The notes: generated by a model not told the origin, from the sequence alone. Shown: positions 49,605-61,380, counted from the whole stretch's first letter. The stretch is DNA of 63,851 nucleotides, filler included, from an uncultured Methanosarcinales archaeon (GCA_964434475.1; 6 parts of 6 records of this genome joined end to end with filler, not necessarily neighbours in it), one strand, 5' to 3'. Numbers and translations are program-made.

Positions 49605-50498
49605 TTACTTCAAATTAATCAAATACAGTGATGAATCTGATAGCTGTATTTCTGTTATGATGCTTAAACAGAAAGCAGCTAAAGGATTTTTTCCTATGTC
49701 TTTCATTATGTGGTTATATATTTTCCTGTATCTTTTATTTCTTGACAGATATTCTTCTATATCTAGTTTGTTTATCTTGTCAAAAGATTCGTTGAAATAA
49801 TCATTAACTTTTTTTAAAACCTTAAAATCAGGAAGCTTTTTACTTTTTTCTAAAACATCTGTATAAAGGTGATAATAGTTTCTTACAACCCCCCATAAGC
49901 TTAAAGCTATAGTATAATATGGAAAATTTTTGTTGTCAAACAATTTTTGTTTTTTTATTATCCTGATTATCAAGTCTCTTTGTTTTAATACATTGATTCT
50001 TAGCTCTTTTAGTTCTTCTTTAGATTCAAATTTATTTTTATTGATGTCTGTGATTATTATCTCTTGCATCATTTTTATTGTATATATTATTTTCTGCACC
50101 AATGAATGCACATTGATGTCTTCATAATTATATATGCTTTTGATGAAGCAATTGTTTTTATCGTCATAGAATATCTCAAATCCATACATTGTGTTTACTG
50201 CTCTAACAAGGTTTGTTATTATCTTCTTATTATTGAAATTTATCTTTATGGTGTCAAATCCGCCCCTATACAGGCTTCCTAATAAGCTGCGATAAGCTTC
50301 TGGACTATCGTATTGCAGGTTTATTGCTATACTTTCTTCATGTTTTTTAGCTTGTCCTGCAGGTTTTATAATTATCTTGTTATCTATATCTTCTAAATCT
50401 AAATCATCACTAAAATCTAATCTATTCTCTTTTATCCATTTTTTAGGCAATGAAATAGTATATGCTCCATTTCCTTGTTTTACGATTTTTCTTATCAT
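49605..50498 (-). CDS. AbrB/PhoU-type phosphate uptake regulator-like protein
   Basis: RKIVKQGNGAYTISLPKKW N-terminus; Y..GFD.I. Confidence 0.8.
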   Translation of the reverse strand: MIRKIVKQGNGAYTISLPKKWIKENRLDFSDDLDLEDIDNKIIIKPAGQAKKHEESIAINLQYDSPEAYRSLLGSLYRGGFDTIKINFNNKKIITNLVRAVNTMYGFEIFYDDKNNCFIKSIYNYEDINVHSLVQKIIYTIKMMQEIIITDINKNKFESKEELKELRINVLKQRDLIIRIIKKQKLFDNKNFPYYTIALSLWGVVRNYYHLYTDVLEKSKKLPDFKVLKKVNDYFNESFDKINKLDIEEYLSRNKRYRKIYNHIMKDIGKNPLAAFCLSIITEIQLSDSSLYLINLK

Positions 50499-50564
50499 TT
50501 TTATATAATGTTATATAATTTATATAAATAATCCTTAAATATTTAAAAGTTTTACTGATTTTTT

Positions 50565-51446
50565 ATGGATAGATTAGATAAACTTGAGGCACAATCAATA
50601 TATATAATAAGGGAAGCGTTTAATCAGTTTAACAACTTATGTATGCTTTGGTCTATAGGCAAAGATAGTACAGTTATGCTTTGGTTGACAAGAAAAGCTT
50701 TCTTTGGGCATGTACCTTTTCCTTTGGTGCATATTGATACTTCATTTAAGATTCCTGATATGATAAAGTATAGAGATGAGCTTGCCTTAAAGTGGGGCTT
50801 AAATATGATTTATGGTCAAAATAAGAAAGCATTAGAGGAGAAAAAGACCTTTCCTGGTGGTAAGATATCTCATCTTCAATGTTGTAAAGCATTAAAGACT
50901 GAAGCTTTGAGAAAAACATTATCTGGAGAATGGCCTAGATATAGGATGGACCATACTAAAAAAGAATATGTTGTTGATAAGAATAAAGAGCCTTATACTG
51001 GAGTTATAGTGGGTGCAAGATCAGATGAAGAAGGTTCAAGATCAAAAGAAAGATACTTTAGTCCTAGAGATAAGAAAAACGAATGGGATGTTGGTGATCA
51101 GCCGCCTGAATTATGGAATCAGTTCAAGACAGACTTTGCTCCTGGAACACACATTAGGATCCATCCTTTGCTGGATTGGACAGAGTTTGATATATGGGAA
51201 TATATACATAGAGAAAACATCCCTATAACCAAATTATATTTTGATCAAGGAAAAGGTAAGAGATACAGATCTTTAGGATGCTACCCTTGCACTACTCCTG
51301 TTGATTCTACTGCAAAAAACACTGCAGAGATAATAGAAGAACTAAAATCCGGAAAATTTGTCAATATTGCTGAAAGAAGCGGAAGAGAACAGGATAAAGA
51401 AGATGGCGGTGGATTAGAAACATTAAGAAGAGAGGGGTATATGTGA
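50565..51446 (+). CDS. cysD: Sulfate adenylyltransferase subunit 2
   Basis: SIGKDS, HIDT, RSKER, RSLGC, LRREGY. Confidence 0.95.
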   Translation: MDRLDKLEAQSIYIIREAFNQFNNLCMLWSIGKDSTVMLWLTRKAFFGHVPFPLVHIDTSFKIPDMIKYRDELALKWGLNMIYGQNKKALEEKKTFPGGKISHLQCCKALKTEALRKTLSGEWPRYRMDHTKKEYVVDKNKEPYTGVIVGARSDEEGSRSKERYFSPRDKKNEWDVGDQPPELWNQFKTDFAPGTHIRIHPLLDWTEFDIWEYIHRENIPITKLYFDQGKGKRYRSLGCYPCTTPVDSTAKNTAEIIEELKSGKFVNIAERSGREQDKEDGGGLETLRREGYM

Positions 51447-51646
51447 GAGAAAGAAAAAGAAGATCTATAGCTAAAGCGATTAGTTGGAGGGTTCTTGCTA
51501 GTATAATCACAATGAGTCTTGTTTTCATATTTACAGGCAGGCTGTTGCTTTCTCTTGAAATAGGGTTTACAGAAATAATAGTTAAGATGGCTTTTTATTT
51601 TGTGCATGAAAGGACGTGGCTTAATATAGGATGGGGTACATACTGA
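51443..51646 (+). CDS. DUF2061 family small membrane protein
   Basis: [10 protein letters not shown]...YFVHERTW. Confidence 0.88.
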   Translation: MRERKRRSIAKAISWRVLASIITMSLVFIFTGRLLLSLEIGFTEIIVKMAFYFVHERTWLNIGWGTY

Positions 51647-53427
51647 TGGAACGTGAAAATATGAATATAGTAATAGTAGGACATGTTGATCATGGTAAAA
51701 GCACAGTAATTGGTAGAATGCTTGCTGATACTGGTGCTTTACCAAAAGGTAAGCTTGAACAAGTTAAGGAGAAGTGCAAAAGAGAATCTAGAGAATTTGA
51801 ATATGCTTTTTTGTTGGATGCATTAAAAGATGAGCAAAGTCAAGGTATAACAATAGATAGTGCGAGATGTTTTTTTAAGAGTAAAAAAAGAGACTATATT
51901 ATAATAGATGCGCCAGGACATATTGAATTTTTGAAGAATATGATATCAGGAGCAGCAAGAGCAGAAGCTGCTTTGCTTGTAATTGATGCTGATGAAGGTA
52001 TACAAGAAAATAGTAAACGCCACGGTTATATGTTATCTATGCTTGGAATAGATCAGGTTGTTGTATGTGTAAATAAGATGGACTTGGTAGATTATGATAA
52101 AAATGTTTTTGAAAAGATAAGACAAGAATACACTGGATTTCTTAAGAAAATAAACATAATTCCAAAGACTTTTGTTCCTGTTTCTGCTTTAAAAGGTGAT
52201 AATATTGTAACTGATTCAGAGAACCTTTCATGGTTTAAAGGAAAAAGTGTGATTGAAGCACTGGATAGTTTTGAAAAAGAACAGCCAGATCATAAAAAAC
52301 CTTTTAGGATGCCTGTGCAGGATGTTTATAAATTTACCAAGCAGGGAGACAATAGAAGGATAGTTGCAGGCAGGATAGAGTCTGGCTCGATAAATGTAGG
52401 TGATAAGGTTATATTTCTTCCAAGCAATAAGCGTTCAACAATAAAGAGTATTGAAGGCTTTAATCTGCCTAATCAAGAAACCATAAGTGTAGGTTATTCT
52501 ACAGGATTTACTTTGGCTGAGCAGATATATATCAATAGGGGAGAATTGATGTGTAAAGAAAATGAACTTCTTCCGAAGACAAGCAGCATGTTCAGAGCTA
52601 ATATTTTTTGGATGGGAAAGCAGCCTATGCAGCTAAATAAGGAATACATCTTGAAGATACATACTGCAAGAGCTACAGTTAAATTAAAAGAGATCAAGAA
52701 TGTGTTGGATGCTTCAGAACTAGATAGTTCAAAGAAAGATATTATTGAAAGGCACGAGGTTGCTGATTGTATATTTGAGACAGTATCTCCTTTATCTTTT
52801 GATCTTGTAGGTGATATGAAGTCAACAAGCAGGTTTGTTATAGTTGATAATTATGATATCGCTGGCGGAGGAATAATTGCTGAAAGCAGGGAAGATACTG
52901 AAAGTCAAGTAAGGCAGCAGGTTTTTTTACGTGAAAAGAAATGGGATCATGGCCTGATAAATTTTAATGACAGAGCTTTGACGTATGGTCAAAAGCCAAG
53001 CTTGATATTGTTGACAGGTCCAAGTGGAACAGACAAGAAAGGGTCTGCAAAAATATTAGAGAAGATGCTTTTTGAGTCAGGAAGGAAAGTTTATTTTCTT
53101 GGTATAGGCAATCTTCTCAGAGGATTGGATTCAGACATAGATAAAGAAAAGAGAGAAGAGCATATAAGAAGATTGGGTGAAGTATCTAACATATTGATTG
53201 ATGCAGGATTGATAGTTATAGCTACAGCATCTGATCTTAATGAAGATGAATTGAAGATATTGCAGACAATAAATACAAAAAACAACATGTTTATAGTTAA
53301 TTGCGGTTCAAAGATCTTGGACTGCAACATGATAGATCAGGATATAAATCCAGAAGATACTTCAGAAGCTAATGCTTTGAAGATTCTGGGCATGCTTAAG
53401 TTCAAGAATCTAATGTTTAGCTTATAG
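51646..53427 (+). CDS. cysN: Sulfate adenylyltransferase subunit 1 with degenerate C-terminal APS-kinase domain
   Basis: [23 protein letters not shown]; the C-terminal P-loop is degenerate (GPSGTDK). Confidence 0.92.
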   Translation: MERENMNIVIVGHVDHGKSTVIGRMLADTGALPKGKLEQVKEKCKRESREFEYAFLLDALKDEQSQGITIDSARCFFKSKKRDYIIIDAPGHIEFLKNMISGAARAEAALLVIDADEGIQENSKRHGYMLSMLGIDQVVVCVNKMDLVDYDKNVFEKIRQEYTGFLKKINIIPKTFVPVSALKGDNIVTDSENLSWFKGKSVIEALDSFEKEQPDHKKPFRMPVQDVYKFTKQGDNRRIVAGRIESGSINVGDKVIFLPSNKRSTIKSIEGFNLPNQETISVGYSTGFTLAEQIYINRGELMCKENELLPKTSSMFRANIFWMGKQPMQLNKEYILKIHTARATVKLKEIKNVLDASELDSSKKDIIERHEVADCIFETVSPLSFDLVGDMKSTSRFVIVDNYDIAGGGIIAESREDTESQVRQQVFLREKKWDHGLINFNDRALTYGQKPSLILLTGPSGTDKKGSAKILEKMLFESGRKVYFLGIGNLLRGLDSDIDKEKREEHIRRLGEVSNILIDAGLIVIATASDLNEDELKILQTINTKNNMFIVNCGSKILDCNMIDQDINPEDTSEANALKILGMLKFKNLMFSL

Positions 53428-53432
53428 ATAAA

Positions 53433-54023
53433 ATGACAGATAATGTGCACTGGCACCATCACAAGATAACGCGAGAAGAAAGAGAGAAACAACTTAAACA
53501 AAAGTCTTTTTTACTTTGGTTTACAGGCTTAAGCGGATCAGGAAAGAGTACTGTTGCTATGGATTTACAAGAAAAGCTGCATTCTATGGGAAAGCTTAGC
53601 TATGTTCTTGACGGAGATAATATTAGACACGGTCTTAATAGCAATCTTGGTTTTTCTGCAGATGACAGAAGCGAGAATATAAGGAGGATAGGCGAAGTCG
53701 GCAAACTTTTTGTGGATGCAGGTTTTATTACTATAGCCTGCTTTATCTCTCCGTATAAGAAAGATAGGGATAAGGTGCGTGAAAAACTAGGAGAAGATTT
53801 TATTGAAGTATATATAGAATGTGATGTAGATAGATGTGAGCAGAGGGATCCTAAAGGGCTATACAAGAAAGCCAGGGCAGGAGAGATAAAAAACTTTACA
53901 GGAATAAGCGCTCCTTATGAAGCTCCTGAAAATCCTGAGATAAAAATAAACACGGGCTGCACTGAAGTTGGAGCTTGTTCAGATATGGTTATTGATAAAC
54001 TAAAAAAAAAGGGATTGTTATGA
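53433..54023 (+). CDS. cysC: Adenylyl-sulfate kinase
   Basis: [38 protein letters not shown]. Confidence 0.96.
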   Translation: MTDNVHWHHHKITREEREKQLKQKSFLLWFTGLSGSGKSTVAMDLQEKLHSMGKLSYVLDGDNIRHGLNSNLGFSADDRSENIRRIGEVGKLFVDAGFITIACFISPYKKDRDKVREKLGEDFIEVYIECDVDRCEQRDPKGLYKKARAGEIKNFTGISAPYEAPENPEIKINTGCTEVGACSDMVIDKLKKKGLL

Positions 54024-54784
54024 TAGATGTAGATCTTTTGATAAATGTTGCCAAGCAAGCAGGAAAAGAGATTTTAAAAATATATGGGACTGATTTCGAG
54101 ATAGAACAAAAAAAAACAGACAGTTTTGATGAAGGAGAAAGTCCTCTAACTAAAGCAGATACTGCATCTAATGATATTATAATAAGATCATTAAAAGAAA
54201 AATATCCTGATATTCCTATACTTTCTGAAGAGAATAAAGAAGTAGATTATCAAGAGCGTAAGGATTGGAAGCGTTTTTGGCTTATAGATCCTTTAGATGG
54301 GACTAAGGAGTTTATCAAAAGAAATGGCGAATTTACTGTTAATATAGCTTTGATTGATAATAAAAAGACTGTTTTTGGTGTTGTTTATGTTCCTGTTACT
54401 GATGTTGTTTATTATGGGAATGATTGTGGAAGCTATAAAATAGAAAATGGAGAAAAGATAAAATTGCCTGTTTTGAATTATAAACGTGAAAAAATTATTG
54501 TAGTTGCTTCAAGGTCACATTTTAATGATGAAACAAAAGAGTATGTGGAAAGTTTAGGGAAAGAATATGAATTAGTGTCTAAAGGTAGTTCTTTAAAATT
54601 ATGTATTGTTGCAGAAGGAAAAGCAGATATCTACCCAAGACTTGGTCCAACAATGGAATGGGATACTGCTGCTGCTCATGCTATAGTTAAGTTTGCAGGT
54701 AAGAATGTATATGATTTTAAAACACATCGTGAATTACAATATAATAAAGAAAGTTTATTAAATCCCTGGTTTATCGTTAAATGA
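54020..54784 (+). CDS. cysQ: 3'(2'),5'-bisphosphate nucleotidase
   Basis: [25 protein letters not shown]. Confidence 0.95.
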   Translation: MIDVDLLINVAKQAGKEILKIYGTDFEIEQKKTDSFDEGESPLTKADTASNDIIIRSLKEKYPDIPILSEENKEVDYQERKDWKRFWLIDPLDGTKEFIKRNGEFTVNIALIDNKKTVFGVVYVPVTDVVYYGNDCGSYKIENGEKIKLPVLNYKREKIIVVASRSHFNDETKEYVESLGKEYELVSKGSSLKLCIVAEGKADIYPRLGPTMEWDTAAAHAIVKFAGKNVYDFKTHRELQYNKESLLNPWFIVK

Positions 54785-55876
54785 ATGAAACAAATAAATG
54801 AAGGAAAAGCTAGGTTAAACATTTCTACAGGTAAGATTAGCAAAAAACTTCCTGTATTTTATAATCCTGATATGGAACTTAATAGAAGCATATCTATAGC
54901 TTTGCTTAATTCTGTTTCAAATAAAGATATGCAGATAGCTTTGCCTTTGGCAGGCAGCGGTATCAGAGGAATACGATTTTTGTTGGAACTTAAAAAAAGC
55001 AAGATAAAGAACATAGGTTTCAATGATATGAATCAAAAAGCTATAGATTCTATAAAGACAAATCTGGAGTTAAATAAGATAAAAATATCAGATAAAATAA
55101 ATATCCATAACAAAGACGCAAATCTATTTATTTTAGAAAGCAATGGTTTTGACTATGTAGATATAGATCCCTTTGGTTCTCCTAATTTTTTATTGGATAG
55201 TGCTTGCAAAAGGATGGCTCGTGGAGGCATATTAGCTGTAACAGCAACAGACACAGGAGCATTAGCTGGAACCTTCAAAGCAGCTGGTATAAGGAAGTAT
55301 TGGGCAAAGCCTATGAAAAATGAATTGATGCATGAGACTGCATTGCGCATCCTTATTAGAAAAGTGCAGCTTATAGCAGCACAGTATGAAAAAGCTCTCA
55401 TCCCTATATACTGCCATGCTACATTGCATTATGACAGAGTATATTTTAAGGTAGAGAAAGGCAGGCAAAAGGCTGATGCTTTGTTGAAAGAACATAAGTA
55501 TATTTTGTATTGCGATAAATGCATGGAACGTAAAGTTAGTGAGTATAATTTAAGTGTTTGCAGCTGCGGCAATAAGTTTAGTTATGCTGGTCCTTTATGG
55601 GCTGGAAAATTATGGGATCCTAAATTAGCTTTAAAGATGGCCAAGGACAGTCATGTTAAGTTATTGAATATTATATCTAATGAATCTAAGATAAACTCCA
55701 TAGGATTTTATGACATACATAAGTTGGCAAAATTATATGGATTCGCGATACCTAGAATTGATCTATTAGTTGATATGGTAATCAAAAAAGGTTACAAAGC
55801 TTCAAGGACGCATTTTTCAGGGTATTCTATAAGAAGTGATATAGGACTGAAACAGTTAGTGGAATTGCTAACTTAG
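54785..55876 (+). CDS. trm1: tRNA (guanine26-N2)-dimethyltransferase
   Basis: VFYNP, SGIRGIR, DIDPFGSP, TATD, GPLW, RTHF. Confidence 0.93.
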   Translation: MKQINEGKARLNISTGKISKKLPVFYNPDMELNRSISIALLNSVSNKDMQIALPLAGSGIRGIRFLLELKKSKIKNIGFNDMNQKAIDSIKTNLELNKIKISDKINIHNKDANLFILESNGFDYVDIDPFGSPNFLLDSACKRMARGGILAVTATDTGALAGTFKAAGIRKYWAKPMKNELMHETALRILIRKVQLIAAQYEKALIPIYCHATLHYDRVYFKVEKGRQKADALLKEHKYILYCDKCMERKVSEYNLSVCSCGNKFSYAGPLWAGKLWDPKLALKMAKDSHVKLLNIISNESKINSIGFYDIHKLAKLYGFAIPRIDLLVDMVIKKGYKASRTHFSGYSIRSDIGLKQLVELLT

Positions 55877-55957
55877 GGATTATAATTGGCGATTTCATGA
55901 CAAATCGCAGGTTACAATCGACAAATTTATAAATAATCATCGATTATAACTTGTGAA

Positions 55958-57241
55958 ATGAAAGAAAATGTTGAAATTGCTCTTGAAAAACAGAACCCTT
56001 GGTGGTTTAATAAAGAGATTAAATCAGGCATACCTCGCTTAGAGTACTATCCTAATGTTCTCAAGTATATGAAAACTAAAGAGATTTTACTTATACTTGG
56101 AGCAAGAAGAATAGGCAAGTCAACACTACTTTATCAGATTATAGATCAGCTTAAAGTAAAACCAAAATCTATACTTTTTATTAATTTTGATGAACCACTA
56201 TTTCAAAGCAAAACAGATGACCCTGAGTTTTTACAGAACTTAATAGGAGAATATATTATAAAAAATAAAGATATTAAACATTTTTATGTTTTTATTGATG
56301 AAGTACAGAATTATAATTACTGGGTACAAACATTAAAAATATTCCATGACGCCACCCCAAACATTAAATTTATTTTGACTGGTTCGACTTCAACTCTTAT
56401 TGAAAGCGGCATAAGCACCCGTATTTCAGGCAGATATTTTTCAACCTTAGTCTATCCATTATCCTTCAAAGAATATCTTCTTTTTAATGACGTGAAAAAT
56501 CCATATATGCTTGAGAAAAAGATACTATTTAACCAATATTTAAAATATGGAGCCTTTCCGAGAGTTGTGCTTGAGGAGGATAAAATATTAAAGCAAGAAT
56601 TATTGAAAAACTATTTTCAGACAATTTATCTCAAAGATATAGTTTATCCTCATAAAATCAGGAATAATAAAGACGTATTTGATTTGTTATATTTTATTCT
56701 TTCTAATATTGGAAAATCTATATCTTATAATAAGATTGGGCAAATTTTAGGTATATCTCCTGAGACTGTAAAAGAATATTTATTTTATGCAGAGCAGGCT
56801 TATATGCTTTATTCTATAAATAAGTTTGATTATTCTGTAAAAAAACAGCTATCAAATCCTAAAAAAATATACTGCATAGATACAGGCTTGGTAAACAACC
56901 TTTCATTTCAGTTCTCTGAGAATAAAGGGCGCTTGTTAGAAAATCTTGTTTTTATCACATTAAAACGAAAGTTTGATGATATTTTTTACCACAAAAATGG
57001 CAGCGAATGTGATTTTGTGATAAAGACAAATCTTAAAATTAAGTATGCAATTCAAGTTAGTCTATCTTTAAAAGATTTAGATGTGCGTAAAAGAGAAGTT
57101 AAAGGTTTACTTGATGCAATGAACACTTACAAATTGAAAGAGGGATTGATTATAACAGAAAATGAAAAGGAAACAATCGAAGTCTGTGGTAAAATCATAC
57201 ATGTTTTTCCAATTTATGAATGGATTGAAAAACAAATGTGA
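55958..57241 (+). CDS. AAA_14 ATPase with DUF4143 domain
   Basis: QNPWW, GARRIGKS, IDEVQ, LEN, ECDFV, IQV. Confidence 0.9.
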   Translation: MKENVEIALEKQNPWWFNKEIKSGIPRLEYYPNVLKYMKTKEILLILGARRIGKSTLLYQIIDQLKVKPKSILFINFDEPLFQSKTDDPEFLQNLIGEYIIKNKDIKHFYVFIDEVQNYNYWVQTLKIFHDATPNIKFILTGSTSTLIESGISTRISGRYFSTLVYPLSFKEYLLFNDVKNPYMLEKKILFNQYLKYGAFPRVVLEEDKILKQELLKNYFQTIYLKDIVYPHKIRNNKDVFDLLYFILSNIGKSISYNKIGQILGISPETVKEYLFYAEQAYMLYSINKFDYSVKKQLSNPKKIYCIDTGLVNNLSFQFSENKGRLLENLVFITLKRKFDDIFYHKNGSECDFVIKTNLKIKYAIQVSLSLKDLDVRKREVKGLLDAMNTYKLKEGLIITENEKETIEVCGKIIHVFPIYEWIEKQM

Positions 57242-57311
57242 GAATATTCTGTGTTTTTTTACACGATAATGTCTTTTATAAAATGTTATAATAAATAAGA
57301 AAATAAATTAT

Positions 57312-57590
57312 TTAACCCAAAGCAAGATCCATTTTAGCTACTTCTGATGACTGAACGCCTTCTAATTCTTTCATCTTTTCAGCAGTCTCATCAAATTGTC
57401 CGCCTTCAACTTCGTACATAGCAAGTATAAGCAGAGCTTTTAATCCAAAAGCTATAGGTTCTTCTTTGCTTTGCATCTCGCCTATAGCTCCTGCTTCTTT
57501 TGCTATAGCTAATGCTTTTTCTTTAATAGGTTCTAAATCAACTTCTGGTGATTCAGGCATAATCTTGAATGTAATTATTGCTTTCGCCAT
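57312..57590 (-). CDS. ef1b: Elongation factor 1-beta
   Basis: KIMPESPEVDL...EPIAFGLKAL. Confidence 0.93.
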   Translation of the reverse strand: MAKAIITFKIMPESPEVDLEPIKEKALAIAKEAGAIGEMQSKEEPIAFGLKALLILAMYEVEGGQFDETAEKMKELEGVQSSEVAKMDLALG

Positions 57591-57616
57591 TTTTTATTTA
57601 CCTCTCTATATTCTAT

Positions 57617-57790
57617 TCAGTTAGGTCCTTCAAATCCACATTCAGGACATTTGTATTTTGTTGCTAGTTTTCTGCAGTTTGCACATCTTATTATTTCAGA
57701 TTTGCCGCAATTAGGGCATTTGAAAACCGCAGATCCACCAATATTGGTAATCCTTACTTTGCATGATGAACAGTATATCTTTTCCGCCAT
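57617..57790 (-). CDS. Zinc-ribbon protein (DUF1610 type; not in the ORF track)
   Basis: CSSC...FKCPNCG...IxRCANCRK...YKCPECGFEGP; usual position upstream of ef1b. Confidence 0.88.
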   Translation of the reverse strand: MAEKIYCSSCKVRITNIGGSAVFKCPNCGKSEIIRCANCRKLATKYKCPECGFEGPN

Positions 57791-57857
57791 TATAATAACC
57801 TCCTATCTTTTTGAATCTTGATAGATTATTTATAAAGATTTCTATTTGAAATTGAGA

Positions 57858-57898
57858 ATGTACGATTTGAAAATTCTTGCAATTTCTATATTTATTAA
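57858..57898. mobile_element. Repeated element end (probable IS terminus)
   Basis: 41 bp identical to 63799-63839; both copies lie at contig ends. Confidence 0.65.
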
Positions 57899-57998
57899 NN
57901 NNNNNNNNNNNNNNNNNNNNNNNNNNNNNNNNNNNNNNNNNNTTAATTAATTAANNNNNNNNNNNNNNNNNNNNNNNNNNNNNNNNNNNNNNNNNNNN
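57899..57998. other. Artificial contig linker
   Basis: N-run with TTAATTAATTAA. Confidence 0.97.
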
Positions 57999-58330
57999 AA
58001 TATTTAGAGGTTTAGCCAAGGCTAGAGTTTAAATCTGCACAACTCCAGTATAACTAGCTATCTTTTTATAGTTGCTATAGCATTTTCTGCTGCAATCTAT
58101 ATATAATCTGCAAGCTTTCAATATCCTTATGTCTGCTTTCGATAGATTTGAACCTTTAAGTGCCTTTTTTAGTTTTTGTATTATATTATCCTTGATGTTT
58201 GTCTTTTGATTAGATTTCAAAAATGTTTTTGGAGATAAAGCTTATGATCTTGATTGGTTACATAAACTTATATTCAAATCAGGATGTAATTCTTTAATTA
58301 ATATAAAACAAGAAGAAATACCCTTAGAAA
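57999..58330. pseudogene. Transposase debris
   Basis: Plus-strand fragment FGDKAYDLDWLH (IS5-like); short broken frames at a contig start. Confidence 0.4.
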
Positions 58331-58649
58331 AAATAGTAAAAAAGGTACTAAGTTTTTGCGAGACAATAAACTATATAGTAAAAAGAGTATTTAGTTCTAT
58401 TTTACATATTAGAAACTTAGCAACTCAGAAAATTGAGTTGTTATTCCTATTTATAAAATATAATCTTGAAATAATTATCAAGATATCAAAAAATATCTTT
58501 TGTACTCTTTTGTTTTCCCTCTATTTTTCAAAAAATAGCTATTAAATTCAGTCAAATGATCATATTGCCTGCTTGAAATTCAAAACTGTTCTATATAGTC
58601 ATGCAATCGAAACCTTTTTAAACGCAGGAATGTATATATAATTAAAAAG

Positions 58650-58922
58650 ATGGCGATAAATACGACAATGTTGACTTTTGATCCAGTTATGTACAGTTTA
58701 CAAGGTGTAGTTAATCAGCTTGAGGTTCTTGTAGGAGGTATGTTTGGTTTATATCTATTCTTTATCATATATAAGGTCATAGAGATGAAAAGACAAAAAA
58801 AGGTACTGAAGGATATTAAGCACGATATAAGTTTGGTGAAGAAGAAACTGATGATAAACGAGATAAAAGAGAGAGATAAACGGTTTCAAAATGAAAATTT
58901 CGATAAAAAAAGAAATATTTGA
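58650..58922 (+). CDS. Small membrane protein
   Basis: One TM helix plus a basic coiled coil. Confidence 0.6.
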   Translation: MAINTTMLTFDPVMYSLQGVVNQLEVLVGGMFGLYLFFIIYKVIEMKRQKKVLKDIKHDISLVKKKLMINEIKERDKRFQNENFDKKRNI

Positions 58923-59520
58923 TAAGTTCAACCTAAAATTAGGTGTGATTGCTGCAAAAAATATAGACAATAAGCCCAATAATGATGTTTTTCATCTTCT
59001 TGAAGAGACACAGCGATTGACTAAGCTTAGGTTTAACCCAGATAGTATAAGTACACATCATCTTATTTCTCCTGTAAATACAATATATGAAGAATTCGGC
59101 TATAAGCCGCATAAATACAAGAGCAGCGTGGAAGAATTGATGCATAGCGCATTGAAATCAGATATTAATGTTTCAAATCTTATGATAGATATATGTAATT
59201 ATGTTTCATTGAAGCATATTATTCCTATCGGTGCAGTAGACACAGATAAGATAAAAGGAGATATAATAATTTCTATAGATAAGGATGTCATCATAGAAGA
59301 CAAAGAAAAAAAATTGTTTGAAGCTTGGTTCTTTAAGCAAAAAAATGCTAAGATAACATCAAAGACAAAGAACGCTTTGATACTTATAGCAGGATTAAAG
59401 CCTGTAAGAAGGTCCAAACTTGATAAAGTATTATATGATATAGAACAATTGCTTATACCTTTCTCAAAAGAGATAAGAACAATGGTGTTGGATAAGAATG
59501 AACAAAAAAGTATTGTTTAA
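58891..59520 (+). CDS. B3/B4 (PheRS-beta editing-like) domain protein
   Basis: KYKSSVE, IDICNYVSLKHIIPIGAVD. Confidence 0.8.
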   Translation: MKISIKKEIFDKFNLKLGVIAAKNIDNKPNNDVFHLLEETQRLTKLRFNPDSISTHHLISPVNTIYEEFGYKPHKYKSSVEELMHSALKSDINVSNLMIDICNYVSLKHIIPIGAVDTDKIKGDIIISIDKDVIIEDKEKKLFEAWFFKQKNAKITSKTKNALILIAGLKPVRRSKLDKVLYDIEQLLIPFSKEIRTMVLDKNEQKSIV

Positions 59521-59686
59521 GCTGATTAAAGCCCACGGTAATGAATTGATTTTCATATTTGTATTAATATTTGTCGCAGTAGTAATCATAACCAACAGAT
59601 TGCTGCAGGATGTTATAGTCTTTGCGTTAATCTTATATATACTATATCTGTTCTATTTCAATGAAGGATTCGGTCATGGTGGATGA
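59498..59686 (+). CDS. Small membrane protein
   Basis: 62 aa, two TM helices, overlaps both neighbours. Confidence 0.55.
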   Translation: MNKKVLFKLIKAHGNELIFIFVLIFVAVVIITNRLLQDVIVFALILYILYLFYFNEGFGHGG

Positions 59687-61380
59687 TTGTGGATTTCAAA
59701 GAAAAAATTATTGAATTATTAAAGAAATATATTAAGCTGGATGAACTTTACTTAGAGATACCTAAAGACAATAATCTCGGTGATTATGCTTTTCCCTGCT
59801 TTATTCTTGCAAAAGAGATGAAAAAGAATCCTGTGGTGATTGCAAAAGATTTAGAAAAAAAGATTTCAAAACCCTATTTTATCTCTGACATAAAAGCAAC
59901 AGGTCCTTATCTAAATTTTTTTGTTGATAAATCTTTGTTGTTTAAAGAGACGCTAAAAAAGATATCAAAAGAAAAAGACAATTATGGCAGTGGAAAAAAT
60001 AAGAAGCAGAAGATAATGATAGAGTACAGCCAGGCAAATACGCATAAGGCATTTCATGTAGGTCATCTTCGAGGCACTTCACTAGGAGAAGCTTTGGCTC
60101 GGATTCTGAAATTTTATGGATATGATGTTGTACAGGCGAATTATCAAGGAGATACTGGGGCGCATGTATCTAAATGGCTTTGGTGCTGCCTTAAATATCA
60201 TAAGAATGAAAAACCTCCTAAAGATGAAAGAGGAAAATGGATAGCTTCAATATATGTTGAAGCTATTCAGAAACTGACAAAAAATCCAGAACTCCAGGAA
60301 CAGGTTGATGAGATAAATTATAAGCTCGAGAATGACATGGACAGTAAGCTCACTTTACTATGGAAAAGGTCAAGAAAATGGAGTCTTGATGAGTTTGAAG
60401 AGATATATAATGATCTTGACGCGCATTTTGACTATTATTTTTTTGAGAGAGAGATGGAAGATCCTGGAAAGAAGATGGTTGATAAAATTTTGAAGAAAGG
60501 CTTGGCAGAAAAATCAGAAGGCGCAATCATCATCAACCTGGAAAAATATTGTTTAGGTGTCTGGGTTTTGTTGAGAAAAGATGGAACAACTTTGTATTCT
60601 GCAAAAGATCTGGCTTTAGCTGAAAAAAAATTCAATAAGTTTAAGATAGACAAAAGCATATATGTTGTTGGTAATGCACAGTCATTGCATATGAAGCAGT
60701 TGTTCAAGACATTGGATCTCATGGGCTTTAAACAGGCTAAGGATTGTTATCATCTGTCTTTTGATGAGATAAGGCTGCCTACTGGTAAGATGAGTTCAAG
60801 GACAGGAGTAAACATACTCTACACTGATTTGAAGAAGGAACTATTTGAATACACTGAAAAGGAGACAAGAGCTAGGCATAAGGATTGGTCTGAAAAAAAG
60901 ATTAAAGAGATAGTGGATAAGGTTGCTTTGGGAGCTATGAAGTTTGATATACTCTTGAAAGATAGCAATAAGATCATAGTTTTTGATATCAAGAAAGCGT
61001 GTGATTTTGAGGGTGAAACAGGACCATACGTGCAATATGCACATGTAAGATGCTGCAGTATCCTGGATAAGTATGGGCAAAAACTGAAAGATGATGTAGA
61101 TTTTTCTTTGATAAAAGAAAGATCAGCATCAGAAGTGGTCACTTTATTGTCAAAGTTTGATGATATAATCAAGCAAAGTTGTGATAACTATAAGCTTAAT
61201 ATTCTAGCAAGATACTTGATAGATCTAGCGCAAAAGTTTAATGAATTCTATCATGAGTGCCATGTTATCACAGACGATAAAAAACTTACGGAAACAAGAC
61301 TATTGATAGTAGACTGCGTAAGGCAGGTATTAAATAACGGTTTGAAATTATTGGCTATAGATGCTCCTGAAAGAATGTGA
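59683..61380 (+). CDS. argS: Arginine--tRNA ligase
   Basis: GDYAFPCF, HVGH, KMSSR, GETGPYVQYAHVR, PERM. Confidence 0.96.
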   Translation: MIVDFKEKIIELLKKYIKLDELYLEIPKDNNLGDYAFPCFILAKEMKKNPVVIAKDLEKKISKPYFISDIKATGPYLNFFVDKSLLFKETLKKISKEKDNYGSGKNKKQKIMIEYSQANTHKAFHVGHLRGTSLGEALARILKFYGYDVVQANYQGDTGAHVSKWLWCCLKYHKNEKPPKDERGKWIASIYVEAIQKLTKNPELQEQVDEINYKLENDMDSKLTLLWKRSRKWSLDEFEEIYNDLDAHFDYYFFEREMEDPGKKMVDKILKKGLAEKSEGAIIINLEKYCLGVWVLLRKDGTTLYSAKDLALAEKKFNKFKIDKSIYVVGNAQSLHMKQLFKTLDLMGFKQAKDCYHLSFDEIRLPTGKMSSRTGVNILYTDLKKELFEYTEKETRARHKDWSEKKIKEIVDKVALGAMKFDILLKDSNKIIVFDIKKACDFEGETGPYVQYAHVRCCSILDKYGQKLKDDVDFSLIKERSASEVVTLLSKFDDIIKQSCDNYKLNILARYLIDLAQKFNEFYHECHVITDDKKLTETRLLIVDCVRQVLNNGLKLLAIDAPERM

